Shown: positions 58,983 through 64,000 of the stretch, piece by piece
Position numbering within the stretch: position 1 is the first letter of the stretch
How the letters are laid out: every line of letters begins with the position of its first letter
Assembly: GCF_009914755.1 (NCBI RefSeq)
Contig: NC_060938.1
Strand: one strand, 5' to 3'
DNA length: 64,000 bases
Origin: the human T2T-CHM13v2.0 reference genome, Homo sapiens
Notes under the pieces: generated by a model
Database searches by the model: none
The model's input: only the letters and a program-made list of their open reading frames with translations
Told to the model about the DNA's origin: nothing
Made by a program: the position numbers and the translations under genes

Positions 58983-61900
58983 CTAGCACCAAACAGAATG
59001 TCCTATCACAGTGTCTGGCACATACCACAAATACAGCAATGTTTGTGGAAGTAGTGAAGAAATTGATATAACATATCCATCAATTCATAATTTGATAATT
59101 CTTATGTTTTGAGGACCTTAAGCTTTTCCTTTATAGCTCTGGTATATAGGTAGGAAAAATTAACATACCCATCTTCAGAAAGCTAAGTACCTTCAAATCA
59201 CTATGCTTGATTTATTTTCTTAAAATTCTTTCAAGGCAAAATATTATCTCCCATTTTACTTACAAAAATACAGAGGTACAAAGAGACAAACTGACCTGCC
59301 ACAGAGTTAGCTACTGGCAGAGTCTAACTCTACTGATTTAAAGATGGGCTGAAAATAACCTCAAGCTAAATATAAAAAGATATAGCTCTGGTCAAGATGT
59401 ATGATCATAAGACATTTTTATGAAAACCTATTCCCCACTAGGATACAAGTACATTATGAGGAATTGTACTTCTTAGTTATATTAAATATGCAACTTCAGA
59501 AGTTTATGAAAAACCAATTTATATTTTACTTACCTGCCACGGCACATTACTAACACTGTACACCAGATCAAGATTCAATTAACATAATAAACATAAATTA
59601 TATCTTCGGTTCCAAAGAAAATAATGTATAAGGTCAGCTTTTTAAATAAAAGAGCTTTTCATAAACTAAAAAAAATCTTTTGCAAGGGTTTAACAATCAC
59701 TTTTCTAATTACATATCTGATCCATGCCACTACTTCAAGCTCTTATATGTTTCTAAACCACATTTTTGTTAAAATAGTTGTGAGCAACAGATGCTTAAAA
59801 CGTTAAACTATGAGATCAAGATATTTAGAGATGAGTGTTAAGCCAGAAAAATTATTTTCCTCTTTAAATCATCCATATATCATCTTAAACCATTTTAATG
59901 TTGGGGAACATCTGAATATCCTGTTACTGGACTATACACACTGTTTACCAATATTTATACACATAATAAAGTAGCAGTAAACAAACTAATACAATGGACA
60001 CATTTAAAAAAAACTAATAATTTCTATGCTTTAAATGCAACTGAATACTATAAGCCAGGAATATAACTACATGGAGAAATAAAACTACAATTACTGTACC
60101 TTGGGAATGCTTTCGTTTAAGACCTGTCGCATCTGTACTCTCCTTATATCTTCTCCATTTGAACAGAGAAGGGAGGGAGAAGGGAGGGAGGTGGTAGACA
60201 ACTAAGAAAGCAAAAACACTGAGCTTCAAAGTAAATTTTAAATGAGATTTGCCATTTTGCCTTTTTGTTCTAGTATTAACTTTAAAAAATGAGTTGTATT
60301 TGAAAAACATTATTCTAAATGCTTCATTTATATGATTTCTAAGAATCAGTAAAGCAAAACATTAGTATAATGTTTATCAAATAGCTGCTGTTACTGAAAG
60401 AAAAAAGGCAAATAATATCTAAATTTATTAAAAACAACTGATTATCATGTTTAATGTCTTTGCATAGAAAGAATTTTTAAAAAAGAACATAACATTTTCA
60501 AATGCCAAGAGATTTATAAACTCCATCTTTACAACACTAAGGTTATTTACTCTCACCAAATTTGTGACTGACACAGCCAACAGCTGATGTACAAATTGAA
60601 AATGCAATAAATAACATTTTACATATCTAATGCAACCTTCCTGAGAAGATACCACAGCATACATTCTACTAGATGCTTTCCACTGCTGAAGTATAATGGA
60701 ACCTTCCCTTAGGGAAAAAAAAAAATTCTTTTCTCAACTCCATTCAAGTTCTTAAAAGACTTTAAAAAACAAAACTTTTACTAAAAAACAAAAATCAAAC
60801 TGGAAGCTCTGCTTTTAACTTTGCTTTTGAAAAGACTGTAATAAAATAATGAAAAAAGTCATTAGTAAAAATGTATGCTGTGACAACTTGTAAGCACTAA
60901 ACAGACAACATAGAGTAAAGCTAGGCACAGACTTGATATTTGGCAAATCAGTAGATAACCTTAAAGTCAACATTTTCCCTGTCAAATTTTGGTAGTTATA
61001 TAAATTTCTTTATATTTTAAGTAAGCAATTATTTAAAAGTTCACTTGAACTTGAACCTTACAAATTAGTTTCTCACCAGTTAATAAATTACAGGATCTTT
61101 ATGATTAGCTCAAATTCATGTTCAAATACATTTGATTTTCATCCTCACTCCCTTCTATATTAATGTGACATTCAAAGGTTAAATACTGCTCAAATACAAA
61201 AATATTTAATTCCTGTTTTATAATACTAGAAATGTAACAAATCTGTTGAATATGCAGATGTAGTATATGCAAAGATTTGTGTAATAAAAGTAATTGAGAA
61301 ATGCTTACAAGACACAATAACTATATCTATATGTAATTAGATGGCTACAAAACTATAAACTGGAACTAAAAGCTGTGCTACGTCAGGATTATAACAACAT
61401 TTCCTTGTCACAGAGAGGTAGAAAATGACAACTGATGCAATTTTCTTCACTGAAAATGTTTCTTCTTTCATGTGCCTTCTGGTCAGTTACTGAGGAGCAG
61501 ATGTACCACTTAGACCAGGAAACAGTTTTAAACAAAAAATTCATTAGGAAAAAGATGCTAATATATCAAAGTAAATCAAACTGACACAAACTTGAGACTT
61601 TACTGCTTGAAACAAAAACTAGATTTTGTAGATCTGGTAGTAAAACTAACGTGAACCAATTCCATATTATTAAATATTAAACGAGAACGAAATGGGAAAT
61701 GTATGGACCATTTGACCATGTTTTAAAATTATGTAAACGCTTTCGGAAAGCTAGCCAAGATACACAAATGAAGGCTTTCTTTTCTAAAAGAATAGTATAA
61801 TTTAAGGATTAATAAAAAGACAAACACCCCTATACACAGAGAAACAAAGAAAAAAATTTTTTTCATCCTCCAGAGAAACATATTTAAAACATTTTCACAA

Positions 61901-63119
61901 AATTAAACAGACATGGTTCTTTCTTTTCAAATGTAATTCTTATTTTCACTTGAAAGTCATTTGCTTTATTTATTACACATCCTGTAGCATACAGAGCTTA
62001 ACTTTTTCAACCCAAAGCACAGAATTAGGGGTACTATGATAAGTACAGTAGAGGAAAAAAAGAGTTTACTATCGATCCAAACAAAGATCACTGTTAAAGA
62101 AAATTCAAGTGCCAGAAAGCACTATTTAATTTTCTTTTTTTAAAATACAGTTTTAGTTAGAAATTCTTACACAGTATTAGCAAAAGATGCATAACCTCAA
62201 AACACAACTGCAAATGCTAATTTATTAGTGCTAACATTTAATAAAAATTAATATGTTAAAGTCTTACATAGCAATGAAAAAGATTTAAAATACTAAAAAT
62301 ATTTCCAATAAATTTCCTTACTATATCTTAAAGAAACTTTCTGCATTATATAATTCTGAAAGCACAAGAGTATCACAAAAGAGGGTTACTGCTGCTGATG
62401 ACATACTAATTCCTACAACAGAAAAACTAACTTTTCCCTTTAGAAAAGCTGGCAACCTGAAAAATTCCAACCCCAGGGAAGCAGTCTTACACATCTCTAA
62501 CCTGCCAACTATAATGAGAAAATTTCTGGCAATCTTTCTTGGACCTCAGAGAAATAAAGTTAGATAAATTTATAAAAATTAAATAATAACTAAAAGCTAG
62601 AAGGTGGGAATCCTCTTAGTCACCAAAGAGAGAAGAAAAGGAAAGCTAGTTAGAAGGTGAGCACCCCTCCATCTTTTTAATCGAGCTTTGAAATGCTATG
62701 TTCACAGTACGGGGTATATTTATTCAGCTACAGTGATAGGAATACACACTTCATCCACCAACTTGTTAAATGTCATAAATCTTTACAGAGACACCAACAC
62801 CTGTGCTGCTATGGCACCTGAAATTACCTGGAACAGTAAGAATTCCAATCTTTTACTTTCAATTTATCTGTGATTTTTATAGTCAGGTCTTGCGTTCTTA
62901 AACAATCTGTCACTTTGCCTTTTAACTGGAGTATTAATTATCTTATATATACAAATATATTTATATTTGTTGTTATTGATATGGGTGAATAGGTCTGCCA
63001 TTTTTCCATTTATTTTTCTCTTTGTCCCATCTGTTTTTTGTATCTCTGTTCCTTTTTCTTGGTTTATTTTGGGTTAATTGAATATTTTTTAGTATTCCAT
63101 TTTAATTCCTCTACTAGAC

Positions 63120-63500
63120 TTAAACTTTGTATTTTGGAATAATTTTAGACTTAACAGAAAATAGCAAAAATAGTACAGGGAGCTATGACATATCCTTCAT
63201 CCAGCTTCTCCTAATGTTAGCATCTTGCATAACTATAGTATAATTATCAAAACTAAGACATTAACAGTGGTACAATACTATCAACTAATATACAGACTTT
63301 ATTCAGGTTTCTCTAGTTTTTCCACTAGTATCTTTTTCTGTTCTACGATCCAATCTAGGGTACCACATTGCATTTTGTTGTCATGTCTCCTTAGTCTATT
63401 CTGTGACAAATTCCTCAATATTTACTTGTCTTTCATGACCTTGACACTTTTGAAGACTGCTGGTCAGTCAGTTATTTTGTAGAATCACCCTCAGTACGAG
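63120..63500 (-). mobile_element. L1MC-like 3' end fragment
   Basis: ttttggaataattttagactt...aatagtacag...catccagcttctcctaatgttagcatcttgcataactatagtata, a typical L1MC 3' terminus. Confidence 0.65.
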
Positions 63501-64000
63501 TTTTCTCACGACTGAATTGAGTTTACTCATTTTTTGGGCAGAGTGATGTGCTGCACTTACCCATTCAGTTCAACCTATTTTTTACTGATTACTATGCATG
63601 TTTGGATCAATAAGATGTAAAATGAGTGAAACACTAATCCAGCAGTAGATTTAAGTATTAATGTTTACCAAATTACTTGTTGACATCTTGATTTCTATTT
63701 TTATGTTTCATCCCAAGTGAAACAGTAGGCTTTCATTTGTTAAACTGCTAAACATTTTCTAGCCCAGGAGGTAGGGTAAGAAGAAAATCAATTTTCATTT
63801 TAACTCTCACAGAGAACTAAATTTAGATTAAAGTATCTAAATCACAAAGTCATTATCTCTTTGTGGGTTATCTTTATTTGTATGCTACAAAGAGTTACAC
63901 ACTGTACCAAATTTTCATGTTTTTTTTAATTCAATGCTCATTTTGAGATTAGTAAGGAAAGTTAATAAGGAGGAAAAGATTAAATACAGTTGGCACTCCT

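Noticed and set aside
62801-62827. Possible 27-nt phase-1 microexon (GNFRCHSST)
   Set aside because: Weak donor (CAG|gtgttg), short pyrimidine tract and adjacent to L1M sequence; compatible with chance.

Overview
Primate (almost certainly human) genomic DNA, AT-rich and repeat-dense. The window holds the 3' part of DDHD1 (PA-PLA1 / SPG28 intracellular phospholipase A1) on the minus strand. I mapped 11 coding exons between 57428 and the TGA stop at 10743-10745. All have GT-AG boundaries and consistent phases. They include the catalytic SHSLG motif, the DDHD-domain residues and the 84-nt cassette exon; the first exons lie beyond the right edge. Positions below 10743 are 3'UTR/downstream sequence. 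The introns carry a full-length but inactivated L1PA (48632-54867, with 15-bp TSDs), a near-full-length Tigger1 plus a Tigger1 deletion derivative, about 20 Alu/FLAM/FAM copies, and older L1M, L2, MIR, MER and MaLR relics. A 5'-inverted (twin-primed) old L1PA sits at 745-2917. I found no new protein-coding gene, RNA gene or undescribed biological system. The most interesting leads are: a possible L1 antisense-promoter-driven truncated DDHD1 isoform; candidate micro/poison exons; a recently triplicated Alu; a pair of interlocking, mutually exclusive hairpins in the distal 3'UTR; and the inverted L1. Exon numbering and repeat subfamily names come from memory and were not checked against databases.
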